Shown here piece by piece: positions 40,446 through 53,070 of a DNA stretch of 64,000 nt. Source of the DNA: Malacoraja senta (taxonomy: Eukaryota); NCBI GenBank assembly GCA_038087875.1, contig CM075997.1, positions 7,938,001 to 8,002,000 of the forward strand, in the 5' to 3' direction. The position numbers and the translations under genes were made by a program. Each line of letters begins with the position of its first letter. Position 1 is the stretch's first letter. Below the pieces are notes generated by a model. The model made no database searches and was not told where the DNA came from. It was given only the letters and a program-made list of their open reading frames with translations.

Positions 40446-43400
40446 GATTTTTTTCCTCAGAGAGTAAGACTCTGGCAATAGTTGCTGGTGAAGGTCTGGG
40501 ACAGGGGAGTCATCAGTGGTGAGAGTCAAATGTCCAACACATAGAAACATAGAAAATAGGTGCAGGAGTAGGGCATTCGGCCCTTCAATATGATCATGGC
40601 TGATCATCCAACTCAGTATCCTGTATCTGCTTTCTCTCCATCCCTTTAGCCACAAGGGCCACATGTAACTCCCTCTTAAGCATAGCCAATGAACTGGCCT
40701 CAACTACATTCTGTGGCAGAGAATTCCAGAGATTCACCACTCTCTGTGTAAAAAATGTTTTTCTCATCTCAGTCCTAAAAGATTTCCCCTTCCTCCTTAA
40801 ACTGTGACCCCTTGTTCTGGACTTCCCCAACATCAGGAACAATCTTCCTGTATCTAGCCTGTCCAAACCCTTAAGAATTTTGTAAGTTTCTATAAGATCC
40901 CCCCTCAATCTTCTTAATTCTAGCGAGTACAAGCCGAGTCTATCCAGTCTTTCTTCATATGAACGTCCTGACATCCCAGGAATCAGTCTGGTGAACCTTC
41001 TCTGTACTCCCTCTATGGCAAGAATGTCCTTCCTCAGATTAGGAGACCAAAACTGTACGCAATACTCCAGGTGTGGTCTCACCAAGACCCTGTACAACTG
41101 CAGTAGAACCTCCCTGCACCTATACTCAAATCCTTTTGCTATGAATGCTAACATACCATTTGCTTTCTTCACTGCCTGCTGCACCTGCATGCCTGCTTTC
41201 AATCACTGGTGTACCATGACACCCAGGTCTCGTTGCATCTCCCCTTTTCCTTATCAGCCACCATTCAGGTAATAGTCTACTTTCCTGTTTATTAGCCACC
41301 AAAGTGGATAACCTCACATTTATCCACATTATACTGCATCTGCCATGCATTTCCCCACTCCCCCAGCCTATCCAAGTCATCTTGCAGCCTCCTAGCACCC
41401 ATCTCACAGCTAACACTGTCCCACCAGCTTTGTGTCATCCACAAACTTGGAGATGTTGCATTCAATTCCCTCGTCCAAATCATTAATATATATTGTAAAT
41501 AGCTGGGGTCCCAGCACTGAGCCTTGCTGTACCCCACTAGTCACTGCCTGCCATTCTGAATAGGACCCGTTAACTCCTACTCTTTCCTTCCTGTCCGCCA
41601 CCCAGTTCTCTATCAACATCAATACTGCACCCCCAATACCGTGTGCTTTAAGTTTGTATACTAATCTCTTATGTGGGACCTTGTCGAAAGCCTTCTGAAA
41701 GTCCAGATATAACACATCCACTGGTTCTCCCTTATCCACTCTACTAGTTACATCCTCGAAAAATTCTATAAGATACGCCAGACTTGATTTACCTTTCATA
41801 AATCCATGCTGACTTTGTCCAATGATTTCACCATTTTCCAAATGTGCTGCTATCCCATCTTTAATAACTGACTTTGGCAGTTTCCCCACTACCGATGTTA
41901 GACTAACTGGTCTTAAATTCCCCGATTTCCCTCTCCCTCCCTTTTTAAAAAGTGGGGTTACAATAGCTACCCTCCAATCCTCAGGAACTACTCCAGAATC
42001 TAAAGAGTTTTGAAAAATTATCACTAATGCATCCACTATTTCTGGGGGTACTTCCTTAAGTACTCTGGGATGCAGCATATCTGGCCCTGGGGATTTATCG
42101 ACCTTTAATCCATTCAATTTACCTAACACCACTTCCCGGCTAACCTGGATTTCACTCAGTTCCTCCATCTCATTTGACTCCCGGTCCCCTGCTATTTCCG
42201 GCAGATTAATTAAGTCTTCCTTAGTGAAGACAGAACCAAAGTAGTTATTCAATTGGTCTGCCATGTCCTTGTTCTCCATGATAAATTCACCTGTTTCTGA
42301 CTGCAAGGGACCTACATTTGTTTTAACTAATCTTTTTCTCTTCACATATCTATAAAAACCTTTGCAGTCAGTTTTTATGTTCCCCGCCAGTTTTCTTTCA
42401 TAATCTATTTTCCCTTTCCTAATTAAGCCCTTTATCCTCCTCTGCTGGACTCTGAATTTCTCCCAGTCCTCTGGTAGGCTGCTCTTTCTGGCTAATTTGT
42501 GTGCTTCATCTTTTGTTTTGATACAATTCCTGATTTCCCTTGTTATCCACGGATGCACTACCTTCCCTGATTTATTCTTTTGCCAAACTGGGATGAACAA
42601 TTGTTGTAGTTTATCCATGCAGCCTTTAAATGCCTTCCATTGCATATCAACCATCAACCCTTTAAGAATCAATTACCAGTCTATCTTGGCCAATTCACGA
42701 CTCATACCCTCAAAGTTACCTTTCTTTAAGTTCAGAACCCTTGTTTCTGAATTAATTATGTCACTCTCCATCCTAATGAAGAACTCAACCATATTATGGT
42801 CACTCTTGCCCAAGGGGCCACGCACAACAAGACTGCTAACTAACCCTTCCTCATTAATCAATACCCGGTCTAGAATAGCCTGCTCTCTCGTTGGTTCCTC
42901 TACATGTTGGTTTAGAAAACTATCCCGCATACATTCCAAGAAATCCTCTTCCTCAGCACCCCAGCCAATTTGATTAACCCAATCTATATGTAGATTGAAG
43001 TCACCCATTATAACTGTTTTACCTTTGTTGCACGCATTTCTATTTTCCTGTTTGATGCCATCCCCAACTCCACTACTACTGTTAGGTGGCCTGTACACAA
43101 CTCCCACTAGCGCTTTCTGCCCCTTAGTGTTTCGCAGCTCTACCCATATCGATTCCACAACCTCCAAGCTAATGTCCTTCCTTTCTATTGCGTTAATCTC
43201 CTCTCTTACCAGCAATGCTACCCCACCTCCTTTTCCTTTCTGTCTATCCCTCCTGAATATTGAATATCCCTGGATGTTCAGCTCCCAGACTTGGTCACCC
43301 TGGAGCCTTGTCTCCGTGATCCCAACTATATATGATAGTCATTAATAGCTATCTGCACATTCAACTCATCCACGTTATTACGAATGCTCCTTGCATTGAG

Positions 43401-43560
43401 ACACAAAGCCTTCAGGCTTGTTTTTACAACACTCTTGCCCCTTATACAATTATGTTGAAAAATGGCCCTTTTTGATTATTGCCCTGGATTTGTCTGCCTA
43501 CCACTTTTACTTTTCACCTTGCTACGTTTTGCTTCTACCCTCATTTTACACCCCTCTGTC

Positions 43561-44664
43561 ACAGAAACATAGAAACATAGAAATTAGGTGCAGGAGTAGG
43601 CCATTCGGCCCTTCGAGCCTGCACCGCCATTCAATATGATCATGGCTGATCATCCAACTCAGTATCCCGTACCTGCCTTCTCTCCATACCCTCTGATCCC
43701 TTTAGCCACAAGGGCCACATCTAGCTCCCTCTTAAAAATAGCCAATGAACTGGCCTCGACTACCCTCTGTGGCAGAGAGTTCCAGAGATTCACCACTCTC
43801 TGTGTGAAAAAAGTTCTTCTCATCTCGGTTTTAAAGGATTTCCCCCTTATCCTTAAGCTGTGACCCCTTGTCCTGGACTTCCCCAACATCGGGAGCAATC
43901 TTCCTGCATCTAGCCTGTCCAACCCCTTAAGAATTTTGTAAGTTTCTATAAGATCCCCTCTCAATCTCCTAAATTCTAGAGAGTATAAACCAAGTCTATC
44001 CAGTCTTTCTTCATAAGACAGTCCTGACATCCCAGGAATCAGTCTGGTGAACCTTCTCTGCACTCCCTCTATGGCAATAATGTCCTTCCTCAGATTTGGA
44101 GACCAAAACTGTACGCAATACTCCAGGTGTGGTCTCACCAAGACCCTGTACAACTGCAGTAGAACCTCCCTGCTCCTATACTCAAATCCTTTTGCTATGA
44201 AAGCCAACATACCATTCGCTTTCTTCACTGCCTGCTGCACCTGCATGCCTACTTTCAATGACTGGTGTACCATGACACCCAGGTCTCGCTGCATCTCCCC
44301 TTTTCCTAGTCGGCCACCATTTAGAAAATAGTCTGCTTTCCTGTTTTTGCCACCAAAATGGATAACCTCACATTTATCCACATTATACTGCATCTGCCAA
44401 ACATTTGCCCACTCACCCAGCCTATCCAAGTCACCTTGCAGTCTCCTAGCATCCTCCTCGCAGCTAACACTGCCCCCCAGCTTAGTGTCATCCGCAAACT
44501 TGGAGATATTGCCTTCAATTCCCTCATCCAGGTCATTAATATATATTGTAAATAGCTGGGGTCCCAGCACTGAGCCTTGCGGTACCCCACTAGTCACTGC
44601 CTGCCATTGTGAAAAGGACCCGTTTACTCCTACTCTTTGCTTCCTGTTTGCCAGCCAGTTCTCT
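43561..44664 (-). mobile_element. 5'-truncated young CR1 nested in a same-family CR1
   Basis: Has its own (TTTCTATG)n tail at 43561-43583; 5' junction with tctct microhomology. Confidence 0.88.
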
Positions 44665-45669
44665 CTGCTCACACATTTAAGAAACCCACCACCTCTTATT
44701 CTCTGTTTATTATCTTTTTCTTCTTTCCCCCCTACATGTTGGGTCTGAGTGCTTCCCTTCTCTGCCTCCTGCCTCACACACTGTCTACTACCTTTCTCTA
44801 TTTGAGTCCCTCCCCCCAACCGTTCTAGTTTAAAGTCTCCCCAGTAGCCTTTGTAAATCTTCCTGCCAGGATATTGGTCCCCCTCGGGTTCAAGTGCAAC
44901 CCGTCCTTTTTGTACAGGTCACAACTTCCCCAAAAGAGGTTCCAATGATCCAGAAACTTGAATCCCTGCCCACTGTAACAGTCCTTCAGCCACGCATTTA
45001 TCCTCCACCTCACTCCATTCCTACTCTCACTGTCGCGTGGCACAGGCAGTAATCCTGAAATTGTTACCTTTGCAGTCCTTTTCCTTAACTCTCTTCCTAA
45101 CTCCCTAAATTCTCCTTTCAGGACCTCTTCCCTTTTTCTACCTATGTCATTGGTACCTATATGTACCACGTCGTCTCCCTCCCATTTCAGGATATCTTGG
45201 ACACGTTCAGATCCCTGCCTCTGCCCCTTGCCCCTCCTAACTGTGACCCACTTGTCTGTCTCCCGTGGTTTTGGAGTGACCACCTCTCTGTAACTCCTCT
45301 CTATGACTTCCTCACTCTCCCTGACCAGACGGAGGTCATTGAGCTGCTGCTCCATGTTCCTAATATGGTCCTTTAGGAGCCTCATCTCAATGCACCAGGC
45401 GCTGATGTGGACGTCTGGAGGGCTATCAGACTCCTTGACCTTCCACATCTGACATCTAGAACAGTAAACTGCCCTGGCACTCATACTCCCCCCTTACCCT
45501 GGATACAATACAAAGTACAATACAATACAATACAAACTGTTGAAAGAAATCAGCAGGGATCTGACACCCAATCAACTGCTTCCTCTAGTCCGCTTTCACC
45601 AATCAGCGGCTTCCTCAAGCCCACTTGTTTTGAACTGTGAAATACGAGTGGAACGTTACAGATTTGGGC

Positions 45670-45861
45670 TCCCCTCCCACACCAACGGTTCCTGGGCCTC
45701 TGTGGAAACAAGCCCCGCGATCGGGTTTTAAACCTACCGCCCGGACGCCGCTCCTCCCACACCAACGGTTCCTGGGCCTCTGTGGAAACAAGCCCCGCGA
45801 TCGGTTTTTAAACCTACCGCCCGGACGCCGCTCCTCCCTCACCAACGGTTCCTTGGCCTCT
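45670..45861. repeat. 80-bp CpG-rich tandem repeat, about 2.4 copies
   Basis: accaacggtt recurs at 45681, 45761 and 45841. Confidence 0.95.
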
Positions 45862-46115
45862 CTAAATTGGGCTGCATAGGTATAAGGTTAGAGGGCAAAT
45901 GTGTTTTTACACAGAGTAGTGGGGGCCTGGAACAATTAGTGGGGGCCACCAACGGTTCCTGGGCCTCTCTAGACTAGACTGCATAGGAATAAGGTTAGAG
46001 GGCAAATGTGTTTTTACACAAGAGTAGTGGGGGCCTGGAACAAATAGCCTGGGTTGGTTGTGGAGGCAGAAAAGAGGCTTTTAGCAACAGAGTCAAGAGG
46101 GTTTTGATACGTTAC

Positions 46116-46272
46116 CCTTTCATGCCGCTGAACAGCTCCTCGGTCAGCTTGTGATGGAATAAAACCTCGTCTCGGAACAGCTCAATGCACAGACTGCACT
46201 GCATCGCTTCTTTCCACAGCGTCAGACAGGCTTGCTGTGTGTTTAAACAGCTGTGACAGAGCAGGAAGCCAA
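46116..46272 (-). CDS. NCKAP1L: NCKAP1L coding exon, approx. exon 9 (157 nt)
   Basis: tag/...gtaacg; (I)GFLLCHSCLNTQQACLTLWKEAMQCSLCIELFRDEVLFHHKLTEELFSGMK(G). Confidence 0.93.
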
Positions 46273-46734
46273 CTAAATGAATTAAAATAATAATATATTA
46301 GAAATAATGATGTGGCTAAACTAATGGCCATTTTATCAAGCTCAGTGCCGGGAGACTGGAGAGGGTCATCTTCCCATACCCAAGTCCACTTCCACAGCAT
46401 TGCACAAGAAAAAATGTAACATAACACTCAGTCTGGTGAGTCCCCACACACAAATATCCGACCATAACATCACATCACACACACTGGCCATTCTGTGGCA
46501 TTATCTCAGTGGCAGTGTGGGAAGTTTATTTTTCTGTGATACGACATTACACTTGCCCTCAAACACTGCTTCGCTACCGGTTCTGCTATTGCTGTTGGTT
46601 TATTACTGTCAATGAGATACAGTTAAAAAATGTGTTTGTGTGCCATTCAGTCAAATCACACTATACATGAGTAGAATCAAGCCGTACACATGTACAATAG
46701 GTAGTGCAAAGAGAAAACTACCAGAGTGCAGAAT

Positions 46735-48015
46735 ATAGAAACATAGAAAATAGGAGCAGGAGGAGGCCCTTCGACCCTTCGAGCCAGCAACGCCATTCAT
46801 TGTGATCATGGCTGATCGTCCCCAATAAATAACCCATGCCTGACTTCTCCCCATATCCCTTGATTCCACTAGCCCCTAGGGCTCTATCTAACTCTCTCTT
46901 AAATCCATCCAGTGACATGGCCTCCACTGCCCTCTGTGGCAGGGAATTCCACAAATTCACAACTCTCTGGGTGAAAAAGTTTTTTCTCACCTCAGTCTTA
47001 AATGGCTTCCCCCTTTATTCTAAGAGTGTGGCCCCTGGTATGGACTCGCCCAACATTGGGAACATTTTTCCTGCATCTAGCTCGTCCAGTCCTTTTATAA
47101 TTTTATATGTTTCTATAAGATCCCCCTCATCCTTCCAAACTCCAATGAATACAAGCCTATTATTTTCAATCTTTCCTCATATGCCAGTCCCGCCATCCCA
47201 GGGATCAATCTCGTGAACCTATGCTGCACTGCCTCAATCACAAGGATGTCTTTCCTCAGATTAGGAGACCAAAACTGGACACAATACTGCAGATGTGTAC
47301 TCCAGATGAAGAACCTATTTACTCCTATACTGAAATCCTCTTGTTATGAAGGCCAACATTCCATTAGCTTTCTTCACGGCATTCCAACATTCCATTAACT
47401 TCTTCACTATATGAGGATGTTTCCAGAACTCAAGGATCTAAGCAGTAGGGAGAGGTTCAGCAGGCTGGGGCAGCGCATGAGGATGAAGAATGATCTTACA
47501 GAGGTGTATAAAATCATGAGCGGAATAGATCGGGTAGACACACAGAGTCTCTTGCCCAGAGTAGGTGAATTGAGAACCATAGGTCATAGGCTTAAGGTGA
47601 AAGGGGAAACATTTAACAGGAATCTGAGGGGCAACTTTTTCACAAAACGGGTGGTGTGTGTATGGAACGAGCTGCCAGAGGAGGGTGTTGAGGCAGGGAC
47701 TATTGCACCATTTAAGAAACAATTAGACAGGTACATGGATAGGACAGGTTTGGAGGGATAAGGGCCAACCACAGGCAGGTGGAAATAGTTTAAATGGAAC
47801 ATGTTGATCATTTTCTTTTTTTTGTGTTTTTGGAACGAATTCTGTCCCTGATTTATGTATTGGTCTTTATAACCAATTTTTTTTAAATTCTGATTATATG
47901 TTTTCTATAAATCTCTGTATGGTGTCCTTGAGACCTCGGTATAAGGCGCCCGTAAATAAAATCCATTATTATTATTATTATTATTGTTTCCATGCTGTAT
48001 GACTCTATGACTCTA
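46735..48015. mobile_element. Two divergently oriented CR1 3' fragments
   Basis: ORFs 46718-46990(-) and 47411-47761(+). Confidence 0.85.
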
Positions 48016-49039
48016 TGCTCTTACAGCATTGTACTGTTACAAATACAGAGGATTAGTGTAAAGCTTGCAATGAAAATTGGGACTACACCCTAGACTTAAT
48101 AATTTTGCAAAATTTAACAGTGCCATTTAAAGTTGGACCCCTCGACTAAAGATTCATATGAGGTGTGGTCTGTAAACCCTGTTCCTCCAGTATTGTCTGT
48201 CTGTGTAGTTCCCATACTGTTTGCTGAGCCCTTCTCTGCCTCTCGTCCACAGCCTGTGGTGTCTGTTATCTCTCAGGATCAAGAGGGTTCAGGGCACAGA
48301 AGGCACATTTGATGTAGCACTATGGGTGAGGACAAGCCTGTGATAGAGTCCTAGAATAGTAGAGCACGGAAACAGGCCCTTCTGCTCCATTCGTCCATGC
48401 CATCCAAGATGCCACATCTAAGCTAGTCCCATTTATCTATGGCTGGCCTATAAGTCTCTAAATATATTGGATGCAAAAAAAATATTGTAAATTAGAAAAT
48501 AATTGGGCAAGTTTGCAATCTGTTTAAACCAAGAATTAACATAGTGGAGAAGCATGATGGGAAAAGAGACAAACATTGTAAAAGTAACTTAAAGGTCATG
48601 TTCTGAAAAGCAAGGCAAGATCTTGTAACTATTTAGGATAGAAGGCAAAGTTTACTGGAGTAAAGAGAAACATTAGAGGTTGTAAACCAGGCTTTTGACT
48701 ATAAAACTTCAGGAGATTAGAGGTGTTGTTTATTGCACTTGTTTCTCAGACAATTGGGATGAAGGTTTTCTAAAAGACAGGGAACATAAGGTCTGGGGGA
48801 AATAAACAAGGATGAAAAGTTACATGGAAATGTTGATCACTGATGAATTATTTCATAAATGTAAAATGCACATGCAGCCACTGTGGGAAAGGTACAAAGA
48901 GGCTGTGGGTGCTGTGATTCATTGAAGCATTTTGGGTTGTCTGAGAGTTTCCCAATGCGTACTGCAATGGCCTTGTACAAACTAGCTTGTTTGAGAAACT
49001 CACCACTGCTGCACGAGATGCTCTTTGCATCTGCCCAGA

Positions 49040-50770
49040 TCTGAGCTATAACTAATAGGGCAAAGGGGGCCCAGATTTAAGATACAGGTCCATGGATAGG
49101 AAAGGGTTGGCCTGACTTCAGTAGTTGGTAAGATTTTGGAGGGCATTATAAATGATGAGGTTTCTGAGTACTTAGAAGTATGTGATAAAATGCATGGTAT
49201 TGGGATGGGGAGCATAAGAGGATGTTGTCTTCTTGGATTTTGAAAGGTGTTTGATAAGGTGCCGCATGTGAGGCTGCTAAACAAGATGAGAACCCCCGGT
49301 AGTAGAAGGAAGATACTAGCATGGATAGAAGATTGGCTGAAATGCAGAAGGAAAAGTGTGGGAATAAAGGAGGCTTTTTCTGGTTAGTTGCCGGTGACTA
49401 GCGGTATTCCGCAGGGGTTAATGCAGGGTCCTCAACCTTTCAGGTTGTTTATCAATGATTTGGATGATGGAATTGAAGGCTTTGTGGCCAAGTTTGCAGA
49501 TGACACAAAGATAGATAGAGGGGCAGGTAGTGCAGAAGCAAGGAGTCTGCAGAATAACTTAGAAACTTTGAAAGAGTGGGCAAAGAAGAGAAGATGGAAT
49601 GCAGCGTAGCAGTGTGCAGTTATGCATTTTGGTCGTAGGAATAAAGGCAGAGACAATTTTCTAAATGGAGCGAGGATTATGAAATCGGAGGTGCAAAGAT
49701 TCTTGGGAGTACTGATTCAGGATTCCCAAAAGGTTTATTTGCAGGTTGAATCAGTAGTAAGAAAGGCAAATGCGAGCATTTATTTAGAGAGGACTAGAAT
49801 ATAAAAACAGAGAGGAAATGCACTTGTAAGGCACTGGTCAGACTGCATTTGGAGTAATATGAGAGATTTTGGGCCCCATATCTGAGGAGGGATGTTCTGG
49901 CATAGGAGAGGATCCAGAGGAGGTTTATGAGAATGATCCTCAAGATGATTAAGTTAACGTCTGATGTGTTGACGGCTCTGGGTCTGTACTCGCTGGAGTT
50001 TAGGAGGATTAGGCGGGACCCCATTGAAACTTACCAAATAGTGAAATGCATGGATAGAGTGGATGTGCAGAGGATGTTTCCACTAGTGGGAGAGTCCAGG
50101 ACCAGAGGACATATGCTCAGAATAAAGTGACATTTACCTTTAGAAAGGAGGTGAAGTGGAATTTATTTAGCCAGAGGGAGGTGAATCTGTGCCACAGGGA
50201 CAGTGTAGACCAAGTAATTGGTATTTTAAAGTGAAGATTGACAGTCTTGATTAGTTAATGGGAGAAGGTTAAGGGGAGAAGGCAGGAAAATGAGGTTGAG
50301 AGGATTAGATAGAACAACCATGATTGAATGGCGGTGTAGACTCAAAGGGGCGAATGGCCTAATTCCGCTCCTATGACCTATGGACATCATGTTCGTCACG
50401 GACTTGGTAGGCTGAAGGGTCTGTTTCTGCACTGTACGGTTCAATGTTCTATTCCCTCTTGCTTCAAGTCCCGGCAACATCCATGTGAATCTTTTATTTT
50501 TTCCCCAGGGGAAGGGAATGAAGAACTAGAGGTTTCGGGGTGAAGATTTTATAGGAATCTAAGCAGCAGTTTTTCCAATTAGAGAGTGGTAGGTATATGG
50601 AACAATCTGCCAGAGGAGATAGTTGAGGCATTTCCAATGACATTTGGACAGGTACATTCATAGGATATGTTCAGAGCGATATGGGCCAAATGCAGGCAGG
50701 TGAGACTGGCTTACATGGGGCATCTTGGTCAGCATGGAAAAGAAACAGGGCCTGTATGACTCTATCGTTG
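49040..50770 (+). mobile_element. Degraded CR1 RT and 3' fragments
   Basis: AKFADDTKI and LGLYSLEFRR remnants. Confidence 0.8.
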
Positions 50771-52008
50771 GGGCAAAGTCTGGATATTTTTTTACAATAG
50801 GTAATAATAGGGGGCAGCACAGTGGTGCAGGGCTAGAGATTCGGGTTCAATCCTGACTACGGGTGCTTGCCTGTATGGAGTTTATACATTCTCCCTGTGA
50901 CCGCAAGGGTTTTCTCCGGTTGTTCCGGTTTCCTCCCACATTTCAAAGACATATAGGTTTGTAGGGCTTCTGTAAATTCCCCCTAATGTGTAAGACTAGT
51001 GTGTGGGTGAGTGATTGATGGCGTGAACTCGGTGGGCCAAAGGATCTGTTTCCACACTGTATCTCTAAAGTAAACTAATAAAACTAGAAAATGCTGGAAA
51101 TTCCCAGCAGGTCAGGCAGCATCTGTAGAGAGAAGTAGAGTTAACGGTTCAGGGCAAAGTTCTTCTGTCGGGATCTCAGACCTCAAACTTTGCTGCTGCT
51201 CCTCTCTCCACAGACACTGCGTATCCAAAATTTACTGGGAATATTTCAGATTTGCAGCATCTACTGGGATTTTTTGGTTTTCATTTACACCAGATACTTT
51301 TTTGCTTAGATTATCTGTTATATGGCAGTTCATTGCAATAAATGTGCAAATCCAGGTTGAAGTTCATATGTTCTAGGAGAATTAGGCCTTTTGACCTATC
51401 AAATCTTCTTCGCCATTCAATCATGGCTGATATATTTTCCCTCGCAACCACATTCTCCTGCTGTCTCCCCATAAACCTCTGACACCCGTGCTAATCAAGA
51501 ATCTATCAATATTCGCTTTAATAATTTCCAATGACGGACCCCACAGCCGACTGTGGCAATGAATTCCACAGATTCACCACCCTCTGACTAAAATAAATTC
51601 TCCTCGTGTCCTTTCTAAATATACTGTACGTCCTTTTATTCTGAGGCTATGGTCCCTAGTCCTAGACTCTCCCATTAGTGAAAACATCATCTCCACATCT
51701 ACTTTATCAAGGCCTTTCACTATTTGGTAAGTTTCAATGAGAGAGTTCAGAGAGTTGAAGCTAAAATTCCTTTTTGCTGCACTACTGGGCAGTTGGACAC
51801 TATTTGATCCATTTTGCCTTTAATAGAAATATCCATTTTATTTGTTTACTGCAGTGTTTCTTGTATCTTGTGTACATTCCTTTTCTCCAGAGATGCTGCC
51901 TGACCCGCTGAGTTACTCCAGCATTTTGTGTCTATCTTCGATTTAAACCAGCATCTGCAGTTCCTTCCTACACATTGAGAGTGTTGGATGTTGCTGTGTG
52001 ATACGTAC

Positions 52009-52057
52009 TGATAATCCATCTCGCCATTACTTCCAGTGACAAGTATTCACACGGCAT
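52009..52057 (-). CDS. NCKAP1L: NCKAP1L coding exon, approx. exon 8 (49 nt)
   Basis: cag/...gtacgt; MPCEYLSLEVMARWII. Confidence 0.93.
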
Positions 52058-52456
52058 CTGAAGCAAAAGACAATGATTACTGGAATGATTACTGTCATTT
52101 CCCCATGCAGCCATAAGGCAAACATTCACTGCTACTGATATCTGAATGGGAACCCATACATTTTACATTCATTAATTTTCTAGGTTTACCAGTTAAACAA
52201 AGATAATGATGTGCACGACTGGACTTGAGGGTTTAGGGACTGTCTGCATCCAAGAACTGCATGACAGACGTGGCTTATCTGATAAATGGCCCAGATTTAA
52301 ATGTCCGTCCAAACATAATTCTGACCCTGAAGTCACGCTTAGATTAAGGTCTTTTCAATTTAACAGGTATTGGAACTAACAACACGGCTTAGCAAACAGA
52401 TTCAACATTATTTCGCAAGGCCATAGAAGTGCAAATGGTATTAAGAACTAATTAAC

Positions 52457-52780
52457 GGGCGGCAAGGTGGTGCAGCAATAGTGTTGCTGCCTCACAGAAG
52501 CAGGGACATGGGTTCGATCCTAACTACAGGTGCTGTCTGTACGGAGTTTATAGGCTCTCCCCGTGACCTGTGTGGGATTCCTCCGGGAGCTCCAGTTTCC
52601 TCCCACACTTCAATGATGTACAGGATTGTAGGCTAATTGGCTTTGTAAAATTGGTCAAATTGTAAATTGCCCCTAGTGTGTAGGATATTGTTAGTGTGCG
52701 GGAATTGTTGGTTGGTGCGGACTCAGTGGGCGGAAGGGCCTGTTTGCGTAATGTATCTCTAAACTAAACTAAACTAAAAT
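52457..52780 (+). mobile_element. tRNA-derived SINE
   Basis: gggcggcaaggtggtgcagc...gggttcgatcc (A and B boxes); aaactaaactaaact tail. Confidence 0.8.
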
Positions 52781-52932
52781 TAGATTATTACAGGAGATGC
52801 AGGAGAGGATCATCTGCAGAAATAAAGCAACACAACACATCCACTGGTTTTACCTGTTGAGACAAATGATCAATTCTTATACTGTCAAACTCAAGAAAGA
52901 AATGTTGAGTGATAAGGGATGGCTGTGCTTAC

Positions 52933-53070
52933 CGTATTGGAGGCAGCAGGTGTGAGCATGGTGTTGGCCGCACTGATCAAACTCAGCAACTGAGCACTGC
53001 GCCAATGATCAGCAGAGAGGTTTCTCCTTAGGAAGAGGGTTTGTAGACTGAGGAGAGCATCGGTGAGCAG
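52933..53070 (-). CDS. NCKAP1L: NCKAP1L coding exon, approx. exon 7 (138 nt)
   Basis: tag/...gtaagc; [46 protein letters not shown]. Confidence 0.95.

Larger units (their letters stand above)
40540..45861 (-). mobile_element. Near full-length CR1 LINE with probable 5' UTR, ORF1 (44825-45484) and ORF2; split by a nested same-family copy
   Basis: ORF1 starts MSARAVYCSRCQMW and carries esterase motifs HIGTND and DGLHLN; ORF2 pieces 40594-43400; halves rejoin seamlessly across 43560/44662. Confidence 0.92.

Noticed and set aside
43659..44819. Internally deleted CR1 or novel 386-aa gene
   Set aside because: Flanks show a nested insertion: the host halves rejoin exactly across 43560/44662
45670..45861. 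CRISPR-like array
   Set aside because: Head-to-tail 80-bp units with no unique spacers, in a vertebrate intron
52457..52530. tRNA gene
   Set aside because: A and B boxes are the head of a multi-copy SINE; no complete cloverleaf
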